In this document: piece after piece, positions 43,938 through 53,704 of the stretch
How the letters are laid out: each line of letters starts with the position of its first letter
Position numbering within the stretch: position 1 is the first letter of the stretch
Source of the DNA: Minisyncoccia bacterium
GTDB lineage: Bacteria; Patescibacteriota; Minisyncoccia; UBA6257; 2-01-FULL-56-20
NCBI GenBank assembly: GCA_050008535.1
Contig: JBEKML010000001.1
Location: 391,050-455,049, forward strand
Direction: 5' to 3'
DNA: 64,000 nucleotides
Program-made: the position numbers and the translations under genes
Notes under the pieces: generated by a model
The model's input: the letters and a program-made list of their open reading frames with translations, nothing else
Database searches by the model: none
Told to the model about the DNA's origin: nothing

Positions 43938-44969
43938 ATGGCAAAGGCACGCATTGCGATAAACGGATTCGGACGGATAGGCCGGTTGTTTTTCAGGGCC
44001 GCTTTTGAGTCGCCGGATCTGGAGATCGTGGCGGTGAACGACTTGGGCGATGTGGAAAATCTTGCGTACCTTCTGAAATATGATACGGTCTACGGTCGGT
44101 ACGGAAAAGACGTAAAAGCGGACCTTCCGAACGGAAAGCTTGTGGTCGACGGAACGGAAATAACGTTTTTGCAGGTGAAAGACCCGACGCAGCTCCCCTG
44201 GGGAGCGCTCAAGGTTGATATCGTCATTGAATCAACGGGATTGTTCGAGTCGTACGAGGGGAATAAAGTGCATTTGGCCGCCGGGGCGAAACGCGTGGTC
44301 ATAACGGCTCCGGCAAAAGATGAGGACGGGCCGGACGGAAAAACCGTTTTGATGGGGATTAACGAAGACGATTTGAAAACATGCGCGATCACTTCCAACG
44401 GCTCCTGCACGACGAATTCGGCGTCGCCCGTGATCCAGGTGCTTTCGGAGAACCCCGGCATCGTGAAGGCGATACTCTCCACCGTGCATTCCTATACCGC
44501 GACGCAGAGCATTGTGGATGGCCCCGTCCGCGGCGGAAAGGATTATCGGCGCGGCCGTGCGGCGGCGCAGAATATCTCGCCGTCCACGACGGGCGCCGCG
44601 ATCGCCGTCACGCGGGCCATTCCTTCACTCAAAGGAATGTTTGACGGTATGGCGTTCCGGGTGCCCTCCATTAACGGCTCCATTTCCGACATCACGTTCG
44701 TCGCGAAGCGGAAAACAAGCGTGGAAGAAATAAACCGGATCCTGACGGACGCCGCCGCCTCGCCCCGCTGGCAGGGGATCTTGAAAGTGACGGACGAACA
44801 GCTGGTTTCCTCGGACATTGTGGGCGATCCCTACGGCGCGATCGTCGACCTTGGTTTTACAAAGGTCATTGACGGCGATCTCGTGAAAGTGCTTTCGTGG
44901 TACGACAACGAGGCCGGTTATGTTGCGACGCTCGTGAAGCACGTAGAGAAAATAGCGGCGATTCTCTAA
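43938..44969 (+). CDS. gap: glyceraldehyde-3-phosphate dehydrogenase
   Basis: ARIAINGFGRIGR (NAD binding) and SCTTNS (catalytic Cys). The track ORF begins at a TTG at 43920; the ATG at 43938 is the likelier start. Confidence 0.9.
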   Translation: MAKARIAINGFGRIGRLFFRAAFESPDLEIVAVNDLGDVENLAYLLKYDTVYGRYGKDVKADLPNGKLVVDGTEITFLQVKDPTQLPWGALKVDIVIESTGLFESYEGNKVHLAAGAKRVVITAPAKDEDGPDGKTVLMGINEDDLKTCAITSNGSCTTNSASPVIQVLSENPGIVKAILSTVHSYTATQSIVDGPVRGGKDYRRGRAAAQNISPSTTGAAIAVTRAIPSLKGMFDGMAFRVPSINGSISDITFVAKRKTSVEEINRILTDAAASPRWQGILKVTDEQLVSSDIVGDPYGAIVDLGFTKVIDGDLVKVLSWYDNEAGYVATLVKHVEKIAAIL

Positions 44970-45427
44970 TGACCATCTATCTCGGCGCCGACCATCGCGG
45001 GTTTAACTTGAAGGAGCGGCTGAAGCAGGAGTTGAAAAACGAGGGGTACGACGTGGTGGATTGCGGCGCGGCGGAGCTTGTGCCGGATGACGACTATCCC
45101 GATTATGCGTCGGCGGTTGCGGCGAAGGTGGCCGCAGCGCCGGAGGTGGGGCGCGGCATAGTGATCTGCGGGTCGGGATTCGGCACGGATATCGTTGCGA
45201 ACAAGTTCGACGGCGTGCGTGCGGGACTTGCCATGTCCGCCGATCATGCGTATCAGGGACGGCACGACGACGACCTGAATGTTCTTGCCCTTGCCGCGGG
45301 GTTTGTGGATGAAGCGGCCGCCCTGAACATCGTGAAAGTTTTTTTGACGACGCCTTTTGCGAAAGAGGAACGGTACGCGCGCCGGCTTCAAAAGATCGGG
45401 AAGATAGAGCTTGATAGGCAAAAATGA
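44969..45427 (+). CDS. rpiB: ribose-5-phosphate isomerase B
   Basis: MTIYLGADHRGF..., GICGSGFG (RpiB/LacAB). Its ATG overlaps the gap stop (TAATG). Confidence 0.85.
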   Translation: MTIYLGADHRGFNLKERLKQELKNEGYDVVDCGAAELVPDDDYPDYASAVAAKVAAAPEVGRGIVICGSGFGTDIVANKFDGVRAGLAMSADHAYQGRHDDDLNVLALAAGFVDEAAALNIVKVFLTTPFAKEERYARRLQKIGKIELDRQK

Positions 45428-45428
45428 T

Positions 45429-47015
45429 ATGAGGGTAATTCCCGTCATCAATTGCACCGATTTTGAGTCCGTGCGGGAGAGGGTTGAGGTCGCGAAGACG
45501 TTTTTGGAAGAAGGACATTTTTTGCATCTTGACGTCGCGGACGGCGCATTCACGTTTCATAAAACATGGGGAAATCCTACGGAGTGGGCAAACCTCCGCG
45601 TGCCGTTTAACCTGGAGGTGCACTTGATGGTGGAGAGGCCGGAGCGATACATCGAACAATGGCTTGCTGCGGGTGCGAAGCGATTTATTATTCACATTGA
45701 AACAACAGAGAGAAATTCCTTCGAGTGGATCTTGCAAATATGCAAGAAACGCGGCGTTGAGGTAATGCTTTCCTCCAGCCCCGAAACGCCCATGAAGAAA
45801 CTGGAGCCCTATTGCAAACACTGCACGTTGTTCCAGGTCCTCTCGGTCCATCCTGGCCCGACCGCACAGAAATTTCTTCCGCTCACGCTTGAAAAAATAA
45901 GGTTTTTAAGGCGGAGAGTGCCGGATGCTACAATTGAAGTGGATGGCGGCATAACGCCCGCGACGGCGCGCCGCGCGAAGGCGGCCGGTGCGGACGTGGT
46001 GGTATCGGGCAGCTATATTTTCGGGAGCGACGATCCCGCCGCGGCGTACGACGACCTCGTGCACCTCCGCCTGCCTCGTTCGGCATGGTATCGTGCGTCG
46101 GCAGGGTCGCGCTTGCCGTCATGGATGCCGTCGCGCACGACATTTTTCCCTCATATGGAATCGCTCACGGAAAAAAAATTACAAGAATTGGAACTTACGG
46201 CGAATCGCCTCCGCGAGGACGTGATCAAGATGGTCTCGGGCGCGGGGTCGGGCCACATCGCGGGACCCTTGGGGATGGCGGAAATTTTTACCGCATTCTA
46301 TTTTCACCTTTTGCATCATGATCCCAAGAGGCCCCATTGGCCGGATCGCGATCGGCTGGTGCTTTCGAACGGCCATATTTGTCCGATCCAGTATGCGGCG
46401 CTCGCGCACGCAGGATATTTTCCGGTGGAAGAATTAAAAACGCTGCGCGAGCTCGGCACGCGCCTGCAGGGCCATCCGCACCGCGGCGTTCTTCCCGGCA
46501 TCGAAACCACATCGGGGCCCCTTGGCTCGGGGATCTCGCAGGCGGCGGGCATGGCGCTCGCGGCGCGCATGGACGGCAAGAAATGGCGAACGTATTGCCT
46601 TACCTCCGACGGCGAGCACGAGGAGGGCAATACTTGGGAAGCAGTGATGTTTGCGGGGAAGCACCGCTTGAACAATCTCACGGTGGTCATGGACCGCAAC
46701 AACATCCAGATCGACGGCTTTACCGAAAACGTGATGCCGCTTGAGCCCCTCCGCGAGAAATACGAATCGTTCAATTGGCACGTGCTTGAGATCGACGGCC
46801 ACAGTTTTGAGGAGATCATTGCGGCCGTTCACGAAGCAAGGGCCATTTATGAAAAACCGACATGCATCATTGCGCATACGATCCCAGGCAAGGGCGTTGA
46901 CTTTATGGAGAACGATTACTTGTGGCATGCAAAGCCGTTCAAGCCCGGGGAGGCGCAACAGGCGCTGGCCGAACTCCGGGCATCGAGAGGAAAAATAACG
47001 TCGGAACATCAATAA
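45429..47015 (+). CDS. rpe/tkt: ribulose-phosphate 3-epimerase fused in frame to transketolase N-terminal (TPP-binding) subunit
   Basis: Residues about 7-225 are Rpe-like (HLDVADG...VDGG), followed by a 25-aa linker with no homology. From the internal ATG at 46155 (MESLTEKK...GHIAGPLGMAEI...GPLGSGISQAAGMA) the protein is the transketolase N-terminal half. No stop codon separates the two. Confidence 0.6.
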   Translation: MRVIPVINCTDFESVRERVEVAKTFLEEGHFLHLDVADGAFTFHKTWGNPTEWANLRVPFNLEVHLMVERPERYIEQWLAAGAKRFIIHIETTERNSFEWILQICKKRGVEVMLSSSPETPMKKLEPYCKHCTLFQVLSVHPGPTAQKFLPLTLEKIRFLRRRVPDATIEVDGGITPATARRAKAAGADVVVSGSYIFGSDDPAAAYDDLVHLRLPRSAWYRASAGSRLPSWMPSRTTFFPHMESLTEKKLQELELTANRLREDVIKMVSGAGSGHIAGPLGMAEIFTAFYFHLLHHDPKRPHWPDRDRLVLSNGHICPIQYAALAHAGYFPVEELKTLRELGTRLQGHPHRGVLPGIETTSGPLGSGISQAAGMALAARMDGKKWRTYCLTSDGEHEEGNTWEAVMFAGKHRLNNLTVVMDRNNIQIDGFTENVMPLEPLREKYESFNWHVLEIDGHSFEEIIAAVHEARAIYEKPTCIIAHTIPGKGVDFMENDYLWHAKPFKPGEAQQALAELRASRGKITSEHQ

Positions 47016-47031
47016 AACTTCATTAAAAATC

Positions 47032-47574
47032 ATGAAAATAGTAAATATCGTGCTTGCAATCGGTACGCTCATCATCTTGGGGGCGCTCATCACGCTGGGC
47101 ATCAAGGCGTTCTATCCCGAACCCGTGGCGCCGGATTATTCGACGATCATGAAACCAATACCGGCGTACGCGCCGACGCCCTGCGCGGCGAACGACACGC
47201 AGTGCAAAAAAGAATTGGCGGATTACAATATGCAGCAGCAGGCGCAGCAGGAGCAGTATAATGCCGCCCAGAAAACATACGAGGATGCGATGAAGCTCTA
47301 CAATAGAAATGTTTTCATCGCGGCAAACATCATCGGCATCGTTGTTTTTGTCGTCGGATTTCTGCTTGTGCTCTATGCCGGCCTCGCGGGCCAGGGGGCG
47401 CCCATCGGCATCATGATGGCGGGTCTTTGGGGCATCATCTACGGCTATATGCGCGGTTGGGACAGTATCGACGACAAGCTCAAGTTCTTTGTGGGGCTCG
47501 TGATCGCGGTGCTCGTGATCGGCGGCAGTATATGGCTCATACAGCGCCGTCAGGGACGGTCATCCGCCGCATGA
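47032..47574 (+). CDS. hypothetical membrane protein
   Basis: 4 TM helices; lies between the two transketolase halves. Confidence 0.5.
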   Translation: MKIVNIVLAIGTLIILGALITLGIKAFYPEPVAPDYSTIMKPIPAYAPTPCAANDTQCKKELADYNMQQQAQQEQYNAAQKTYEDAMKLYNRNVFIAANIIGIVVFVVGFLLVLYAGLAGQGAPIGIMMAGLWGIIYGYMRGWDSIDDKLKFFVGLVIAVLVIGGSIWLIQRRQGRSSAA

Positions 47575-47598
47575 CCCGGATAAAGTAAAACAAAAACA

Positions 47599-48591
47599 AT
47601 GCTGAACCCCGCCGCAAAACTGAATCCGAGGTTGTTCGACGAAACGGTTGAACGAAAGCCGACGCGCGACGGTTACGGCGAGGGCTTGGTCGTGGCGGGA
47701 GAAAAAAACAGGAACGTCGTCGCGCTCTGCGCGGACCTGAGGGAATCCACGCGTACGGAGCCGTTCGCGAAAAAATTTCCGGAGCGGTTTTTCGAGCTCG
47801 GCGTCGCGGAACAGAACATGGCGGCCATCGCGGCAGGCCTCGGCGTCTCCGGTAAAATTCCGTTCATTGCATCCTTCGCGACGTTTTCTCCCGGCCGCAA
47901 TTGGGAGCAGATACGCACGACGATCGCGTACAACGATGCGAACGTGAAGATCGCCGGGCATCACGCGGGCATCTCCGTGGGTCCCGACGGGGCGACGCAC
48001 CAGGCGACGGAGGACATAGCGATGATGCGTGCGATGCCGAATATGAAAGTGTTCGTACCATGCGATGCGATCGAGGGGCGGAAGGCGACGCTTGCCGCAG
48101 CGCATATTTGGGGGCCGATCTATTTGCGTTTAGAGCGCGAGAAGACGCCGATCATGACGACCGATCAAACGCCGTACACGCCCGGGAAAGCGGAAATTTT
48201 CTGGCAATCAAAAAAGCCCGAGGTGCTTTTGATCGGCTGCGGCGGCCTTCTCTATAACGTGCTTCTCGCCGCGCGGGAATTGGAGAAAGAGAAGATCGGC
48301 AGCGTTGTTTTGAATTGCCACACGATAAAGCCGATTGACGAGAAAAAGATCGTGGAACTTGCAAAGAAGATCGGCGCGGTCGTGACGGTTGAAGAACATC
48401 AGACGCAGGGCGGCTTGGGCGGCGCGGTGGCCGAGGTGCTCGCGAAGCACGCGCCCGTGCCCATGGAATTCATCGGTCTCCAGGACACCTTCGGCGAATC
48501 CGGTCCGCCGGACGCGCTTATCGAGAAATACGGCATGAGCGCAAAAGACATCAAAGCCGCGGCAAAACGGGCGGTGAGGAGAAAAAGATAA
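47599..48591 (+). CDS. transketolase C-terminal (pyrimidine-binding) subunit
   Basis: ELGVAEQNMAAIAAGL and the C-terminal domain of split transketolases. Confidence 0.85.
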   Translation: MLNPAAKLNPRLFDETVERKPTRDGYGEGLVVAGEKNRNVVALCADLRESTRTEPFAKKFPERFFELGVAEQNMAAIAAGLGVSGKIPFIASFATFSPGRNWEQIRTTIAYNDANVKIAGHHAGISVGPDGATHQATEDIAMMRAMPNMKVFVPCDAIEGRKATLAAAHIWGPIYLRLEREKTPIMTTDQTPYTPGKAEIFWQSKKPEVLLIGCGGLLYNVLLAARELEKEKIGSVVLNCHTIKPIDEKKIVELAKKIGAVVTVEEHQTQGGLGGAVAEVLAKHAPVPMEFIGLQDTFGESGPPDALIEKYGMSAKDIKAAAKRAVRRKR

Positions 48592-48595
48592 TTCC

Positions 48596-48754
48596 GTGAT
48601 CAAAAAGATCGGCAGAAAGTATATTGTGCTTTCGGAGACGACCGGACGCTCATTTGGCACCTATAAAACAAAGGCGGAGGCGCAGAAGCGCCTGCGGCAA
48701 ATTGAATTTTTCAAACATTTGAAAGGAAAAACGGCGACGAAGCGCCGCGCATAA
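48596..48754 (+). CDS. small basic protein (52 aa, GTG start), hypothetical
   Basis: Own translation: VIKKIGRKYIVLSETTGRSFGTYKTKAEAQKRLRQIEFFKHLKGKTATKRRA. No ATG and a weak RBS. Confidence 0.25.
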   Translation: MIKKIGRKYIVLSETTGRSFGTYKTKAEAQKRLRQIEFFKHLKGKTATKRRA

Positions 48755-48771
48755 GGTATAATAGAAGCACC

Positions 48772-49773
48772 ATGAAGCGAAAATATGATCTGGTGTGCGT
48801 GGGCGACGCAGTGATAGACGCTTTTATCCAACTGCACGAAGCGTCGGTGCATTGCGCTTTGCGCCATGAGGATTGCCAGCTTTGCATGTCGTTTGGGACA
48901 AAAATACCATATGAGTCGCTTATCGTCGCGCCCGCAGTGGGAAACGCATCAAACGTGGCAGTGGGCGCAAGCCGCCTGGGGCTTGAGACGGCCATCGTGA
49001 CCGCCATCGGGAAGGATCACTACGGCGAGGAGATCCTTGATGTGTACCGCAAAGAAGGCGTTTCGCCGGAGTTCGTGAGGGTGAACCGCGGGAAGCCGAC
49101 GAACTATCATTTTGTGCTTACCTTCCAGGCGGAACGGACGATCCTTATCAAGCACGAAAAGTATGAATATACGGACCCGTGTTTGTTGGACCGGCGGACA
49201 GACTGGGTCTATTTTTCTTCCATCGCCGAGCATACGCTGCCCTTCCATCATAAGGTGGCGGGTTACATGAAGCGGCATCCCGATGTGCGGATGGGATTCA
49301 ATCCGGGCACGTTCCAGCTGCGGTTCGGCGCGGACAAACTGAAGGATATTTACAAACACACCTACGTACTTTTTCTGAATCGTGAGGAAGCGGAGCTCGT
49401 CCTGAAGAAAAAAGAGGGGACGGACATCCATGCGCTTTTTAAGGGGTTGCACAAACTTGGGCCGAAGGTCGTTGCGATCACGGACGGGCCGGATGGCGCT
49501 TATGCCTCCGACGGTAATGCATGCTATTTCATGCCGCCGTATCCTGACCCACGGCCGCCGATCTCGCGGACCGGCGCAGGCGATGCGTTCTCCACCGGAT
49601 TTTTGTGCGCCTTGATCTACGGCCTGCCAGTGCACGAGGCGTTGCGCTGGGCGCCGATTGAATCCATGCACGTGGTGCAATTCTTCGGTGCGCAGACCGG
49701 CCTCCTTTCCAAACAAAAACTGATGCAGTTCCTGAAAAAAGCGCCGAAAAATTATCGCGCAAAAATTATATAG
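48772..49773 (+). CDS. PfkB family carbohydrate/nucleoside kinase
   Basis: LVCVGDAVIDAF (N-terminal GG-like) and TGAGDAF (anion hole). Confidence 0.8.
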   Translation: MKRKYDLVCVGDAVIDAFIQLHEASVHCALRHEDCQLCMSFGTKIPYESLIVAPAVGNASNVAVGASRLGLETAIVTAIGKDHYGEEILDVYRKEGVSPEFVRVNRGKPTNYHFVLTFQAERTILIKHEKYEYTDPCLLDRRTDWVYFSSIAEHTLPFHHKVAGYMKRHPDVRMGFNPGTFQLRFGADKLKDIYKHTYVLFLNREEAELVLKKKEGTDIHALFKGLHKLGPKVVAITDGPDGAYASDGNACYFMPPYPDPRPPISRTGAGDAFSTGFLCALIYGLPVHEALRWAPIESMHVVQFFGAQTGLLSKQKLMQFLKKAPKNYRAKII

Positions 49774-49794
49774 CGCGGCAAATTTTCCTGCTCC

Positions 49795-50673
49795 ATGAAA
49801 ACCCTCCGTGAAACACTTGTTGATGCCGATGCCCGCCGCGTTGCCGTGGGACATTTCAATATTTCCGAACTCGCTGCGCTCAAAGGGATCTTTGAAGCTG
49901 CGCGCGAGCAGAACGTTCCGGTTTTGATCGGCGTTTCGGAAGGGGAGCGTGAGTTCGTCGGGGTGCGCCAGGCGGCCGCGCTCGTAAAAAGCTTGCGCGA
50001 AGAATACGACTTCCCGATCTTTTTGAATGCCGACCATACGCACTCACTGGATAAAGCAAAGGAGGCCGCCGAGGCCGGTTTTGACGAAATACTTTTTGAC
50101 GGCTCGGCGCTGCCGATGGAAGAAAATATCCGGCAAACCGTGGAGGCGGTGAAAATTATCCGCTCAATAAACCCAAATATCGTTATTGAAGGGGAGATCG
50201 GCTACCTCGGTCCTTCGTCAGAGATCGTGGCGGAGCGCCCCGCAGAGTCGCTCAAGTTTTCCACGCCGGAGGAAGCCGCGCGGTTCGTAGAGGCGACGGG
50301 CGTGGACGCGCTCGCGCCTGCCGTCGGCAACATGCACGGGCTTCTCGCGAAGATGGTGACGGGCGAAGAGCATAAGCGCTTGGATATCGCGCGGATCGTG
50401 GAGATAAAAAAAGCGATTGCCGCGGCGGGTTGCCGGTTTATGACGCTGCACGGCGGTTCCGGCACCGCTGACGAGGATTTCAAGGCGGCTGTTGCGGCCG
50501 GCATGACGATCGTCCATGTTTCAAGCGAGCTCCGCCTCGCCTGGCGCCGCGGCGTGGGGGAAGGCCTTGCAATGAATCCAAACGAAATCGCCCCGTATAA
50601 AATCCTTCCGCCGGCGGTCGCGGGGATAAAGAAGATCGTGGCGGATCGGCTCAAACTTTTCAACGGACGCTGA
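49795..50673 (+). CDS. fba: class II fructose/tagatose-bisphosphate aldolase
   Basis: HFNISELA, NADHTHS, LHGGSGT motifs. Confidence 0.85.
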   Translation: MKTLRETLVDADARRVAVGHFNISELAALKGIFEAAREQNVPVLIGVSEGEREFVGVRQAAALVKSLREEYDFPIFLNADHTHSLDKAKEAAEAGFDEILFDGSALPMEENIRQTVEAVKIIRSINPNIVIEGEIGYLGPSSEIVAERPAESLKFSTPEEAARFVEATGVDALAPAVGNMHGLLAKMVTGEEHKRLDIARIVEIKKAIAAAGCRFMTLHGGSGTADEDFKAAVAAGMTIVHVSSELRLAWRRGVGEGLAMNPNEIAPYKILPPAVAGIKKIVADRLKLFNGR

Positions 50674-50678
50674 TCGTG

Positions 50679-50838
50679 CCAGGTGGGTTGAGGAACCGCG
50701 CTCCGGACTCGAGAAATCTAACTCGCTCATATACGAAAAAATGCCGCCCTCTCGCGCTTCGCACGGGGGCACCCGGCATTTTTTCTATTCGCTCGTTGAT
50801 TTCTTTCTCGTCCTCCGCGATGGTTCCTCAACCCACCT
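50679..50838 (+). repeat. 160-bp element bounded by 19-22-bp inverted repeats (MITE-like) enclosing a bidirectional terminator
   Basis: Left arm ccaggtgggttgaggaaccgcg, right arm cgcgatggttcctcaacccacctgg. Inner hairpin gaaaaaatgccg ... cggcatttttt at about 50735-50783. Confidence 0.55.
50735..50783. terminator. bidirectional rho-independent terminator (A-tract/stem/T-tract)
   Basis: aaaaaatgccgccctctcgcgcttcgcacgggggcacccggcatttttt between convergent fba (+) and 50846..51427 (-). Confidence 0.55.
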
Positions 50839-50845
50839 GGCACGG

Positions 50846-51427
50846 TCAAGCTGTTGTAATAGTTTTTTTGAGCCCAAACTTTATCGCGATTAGAATGGAT
50901 AGGCTCGCCAGGCAAATATAAAACGGGAAGGCTAACAGAATAAGATTGAAGCTGCCGACGGCTACGCAAGCGAAGAAACCCCCAAGAAAAGTAAGTAGCC
51001 AGGAGCTGATCGTTTCTGTTGTGGGATATTCATAGGCTTTTATGGTGGTTAAAACGGCGCCGATTGCATCAATAAATATCACCACAAACAGTGCTACGGC
51101 GGCTTCTCCGGTAAAATACCAAAGAATCAGACCGATGACCGCACCGATCAGGCCGATGATATCTCTTTTATTTAATCCTCCCAATCCATATTTGATGGCC
51201 AATAAGAAGATCAATGTATCGCCCACAGCTTGGGCACCCGTCATGATCAAAGACCACGATGCCCCCTTGGCCAGTTGGGAGAAAAGAGAGATCAAACCCA
51301 ATATGGCCCATATCAACCAAGAAGCTCTTTCTGGCTTTGTCTTCAGTAAGAAAATATCCCTCAAATAAGGGACGAAAGATAATAAAATCGCTATCCCGGA
51401 GAAGTATCCTGCCAGTTGTGTAACCAT
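50846..51427 (-). CDS. hypothetical membrane protein (about 6 TM)
   Basis: Hydrophobic ORF; no family recognised. Confidence 0.5.
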   Translation of the reverse strand: MVTQLAGYFSGIAILLSFVPYLRDIFLLKTKPERASWLIWAILGLISLFSQLAKGASWSLIMTGAQAVGDTLIFLLAIKYGLGGLNKRDIIGLIGAVIGLILWYFTGEAAVALFVVIFIDAIGAVLTTIKAYEYPTTETISSWLLTFLGGFFACVAVGSFNLILLAFPFYICLASLSILIAIKFGLKKTITTA

Positions 51428-51506
51428 TGTTTTATTTTAACACCAAATAATTTTTAAGGATTTTGATGCTTGCGGTGCGGAAAAATCCTTGCTATACTCC
51501 TTACCA

Positions 51507-52211
51507 ATGGACTTAGCCGTGCAAAAACGGGAAAAATTTGGGAGACAGACGAAGGCGCTCCGGGCGGAGGGCCTGATTCCTGCCGAACTCTACGGCCACG
51601 GCCTTGCGAACATCCACCTTTCGGTGCCGGTGAAAGATTTTACAAAAGTATTCAAGGAGGCGGGGATGAATACGGTGGTTACGCTGCTTGTTGAAAAAGA
51701 CAAGAGGCCGGCGCTCATTTACGAGGTGATGCACGACGCGATCACTGGCGAAGTGGCGCATGTTGATTTTTATCAGGTGAGAATGGACGAAAAGATCAAG
51801 GCGAAAGTGCCGCTTGAATTTACGGGCGAGGCGCCGGCGGTAAAAGAGAAGGGGGCTATTTTGAACAAATCTATGTCCGAGGTTGAGGTTGAGGCGTTGC
51901 CGCAGGACCTGCCGCACAAGCTTCTTGTTGACCTCGCGGCGCTTGACGATGTTAATAAGAGCATATACGTGCGCGATCTTGTGGTGCCGAAAGGAGTTGA
52001 GGTGCTTATTGAGGAAAATACGGCGGTCGCAACCGCGACGCCGCCTGCGCCGAAGGAGGAAGAAAAGGTTGTTGAAGAACCTGTCGTGGATGTGTCTGCG
52101 GTGAAAGTGGAAGGGGAAGAGAAAAAAGCGGAGCGCGCAGCAGAGAAGGTGGAGAAAACGGGAAAAACCGAAAAGGCAGAAGGGAGGGCCGAGAAAGCCG
52201 ATACCAAATAG
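51507..52211 (+). CDS. rplY: 50S ribosomal protein L25 / general stress protein Ctc with Lys/Glu-rich C-terminal tail
   Basis: MDLAVQKREKFGRQTKALRAEGLIPAELYG (L25 N-terminus), a beta-barrel region, and a KE-rich tail. Confidence 0.8.
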   Translation: MDLAVQKREKFGRQTKALRAEGLIPAELYGHGLANIHLSVPVKDFTKVFKEAGMNTVVTLLVEKDKRPALIYEVMHDAITGEVAHVDFYQVRMDEKIKAKVPLEFTGEAPAVKEKGAILNKSMSEVEVEALPQDLPHKLLVDLAALDDVNKSIYVRDLVVPKGVEVLIEENTAVATATPPAPKEEEKVVEEPVVDVSAVKVEGEEKKAERAAEKVEKTGKTEKAEGRAEKADTK

Positions 52212-52228
52212 CCCCCGCTTCCGTTATA

Positions 52229-53704
52229 ATGGGAGTAATGCGGAGGTGCTTAAAACCTGCTGTTCTTGGCGACGTCATACCGCCGTCCGCGCGTTGGGGG
52301 CGGCGCTGGAGCGCGTTTGAAAATCCGTCCCTGCGGATCAATCTGTCCTATAAAAGGGCGTTCCGGATTCCTGTCATCGGATCGTTGCGGACGCTCATTG
52401 CTCTCGGGGCAACCGTTTTTTTGATCTTCGGTTCGGTTGCGGCACCGACGATCTTCACGCGCGCTCAGGGAGACGCAACGACGACGGATGCCACCGTGGA
52501 ACGCGCCCAGCTTCAAGACCAATTGCAGCAGCTTGAAACGCAGATCAATCAATACGAGGGGCAGGTTACGAGCTACGAGAAACAAGGGAATACCCTGAAT
52601 GGGGAGATTTCCCAATTGAACGCAAAGATCGCCAAGCTGAATCTTCAGATCCAAGCGACCAACCTCACCATCGCTCAACTGAACAATCAGATTGCAAGTA
52701 CGCAGTCGCAGATCACGGTCACGCAGGCGGATATCATAGACAAAAAAACCTCGATCGGGGGGCTCATACAGAGCTTGTATGAAACCGACCAGATGAGCCT
52801 CATGGAGATCTTTTTGAAAAACCCGCACCTTTCGGATTTTTGGAGCGATACCCAGAATATCGCGTTGGTACAGGATAATTTGCGGGTGGCGGTGCAGCAG
52901 ATCACCGATCTTCAAGGCCAGCTTCAGGACCAGGAGCAACAGTTCCAGGCGTCGAAAAGTGACGCAGCAAGCGCGGCTGCGTATCAGCGGACGCAGGTAG
53001 CCGGGGTCGCGGACACCAAGAACCAAAAAGCGCAGCTTCTCACGGAAACAAAAGGACAGGAATCAAAGTACCAGGCATTGCTTGTGCAGACCAAAGCGAC
53101 CGCGGCGCAGATCAGGAGCCGCATCTTCCAGCTCCTGGGGGGTGGCGAGCTTTCTTTTGAGCAGGCCTACCAGTACGCCAAGCTCGCTTCAAGCGCCACG
53201 GGGATTGATGCCGCTTTTATCCTTGCCATTTTGGACCGCGAGTCGGCGCTCGGCCAGAACGTCGGACAGTGCAACTATAAAACGGCTATGAGCCCATCTA
53301 ATACCCCGATCTTTCTCACGATCGTGGGGCAGCTCAAGCTTGACCCGAACACCATGATGGTTTCCTGCCCGAACGCCGACGGCGCATACGGGGGCGCGAT
53401 GGGGCCGGCGCAGTTCGTCCCTTCCACGTGGGAGCTTTATGCGGCGGGCGTTGCAAAAATCACCGGGAACAATCCTTCTTCGCCATGGAACAATGCCGAT
53501 GCCTTCGTTGCGACAGCGCTCTATTTGAAAGATGCCATGGTCGGCTGCAAATCGGTGTATAGCTCAACCGTCAGCCAGGAGCGTTGCACTGCCGCAAAAT
53601 ACTACGCCGGAGGCCGCTGGAAGAACTACCTGTGGACCTACGGGGAGGCCGTCGTTGATCGGGCGCAAAGCTTTATGGACGACATCAAAACCATCACCTC
53701 ATGA
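52229..53704 (+). CDS. coiled-coil protein with C-terminal lytic-transglycosylase-like domain
   Basis: A long Q/L-rich coiled coil, then ...YGGAMGPAQFVPSTW... (SLT/MltB-like AMGxxQFMPxTW motif). Confidence 0.65.
   Translation: MGVMRRCLKPAVLGDVIPPSARWGRRWSAFENPSLRINLSYKRAFRIPVIGSLRTLIALGATVFLIFGSVAAPTIFTRAQGDATTTDATVERAQLQDQLQQLETQINQYEGQVTSYEKQGNTLNGEISQLNAKIAKLNLQIQATNLTIAQLNNQIASTQSQITVTQADIIDKKTSIGGLIQSLYETDQMSLMEIFLKNPHLSDFWSDTQNIALVQDNLRVAVQQITDLQGQLQDQEQQFQASKSDAASAAAYQRTQVAGVADTKNQKAQLLTETKGQESKYQALLVQTKATAAQIRSRIFQLLGGGELSFEQAYQYAKLASSATGIDAAFILAILDRESALGQNVGQCNYKTAMSPSNTPIFLTIVGQLKLDPNTMMVSCPNADGAYGGAMGPAQFVPSTWELYAAGVAKITGNNPSSPWNNADAFVATALYLKDAMVGCKSVYSSTVSQERCTAAKYYAGGRWKNYLWTYGEAVVDRAQSFMDDIKTITS

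Noticed and set aside
48949-50043. 364-aa minus-strand ORF spanning pfkB and fba
   Set aside because: Antisense shadow of two well-supported plus-strand genes.
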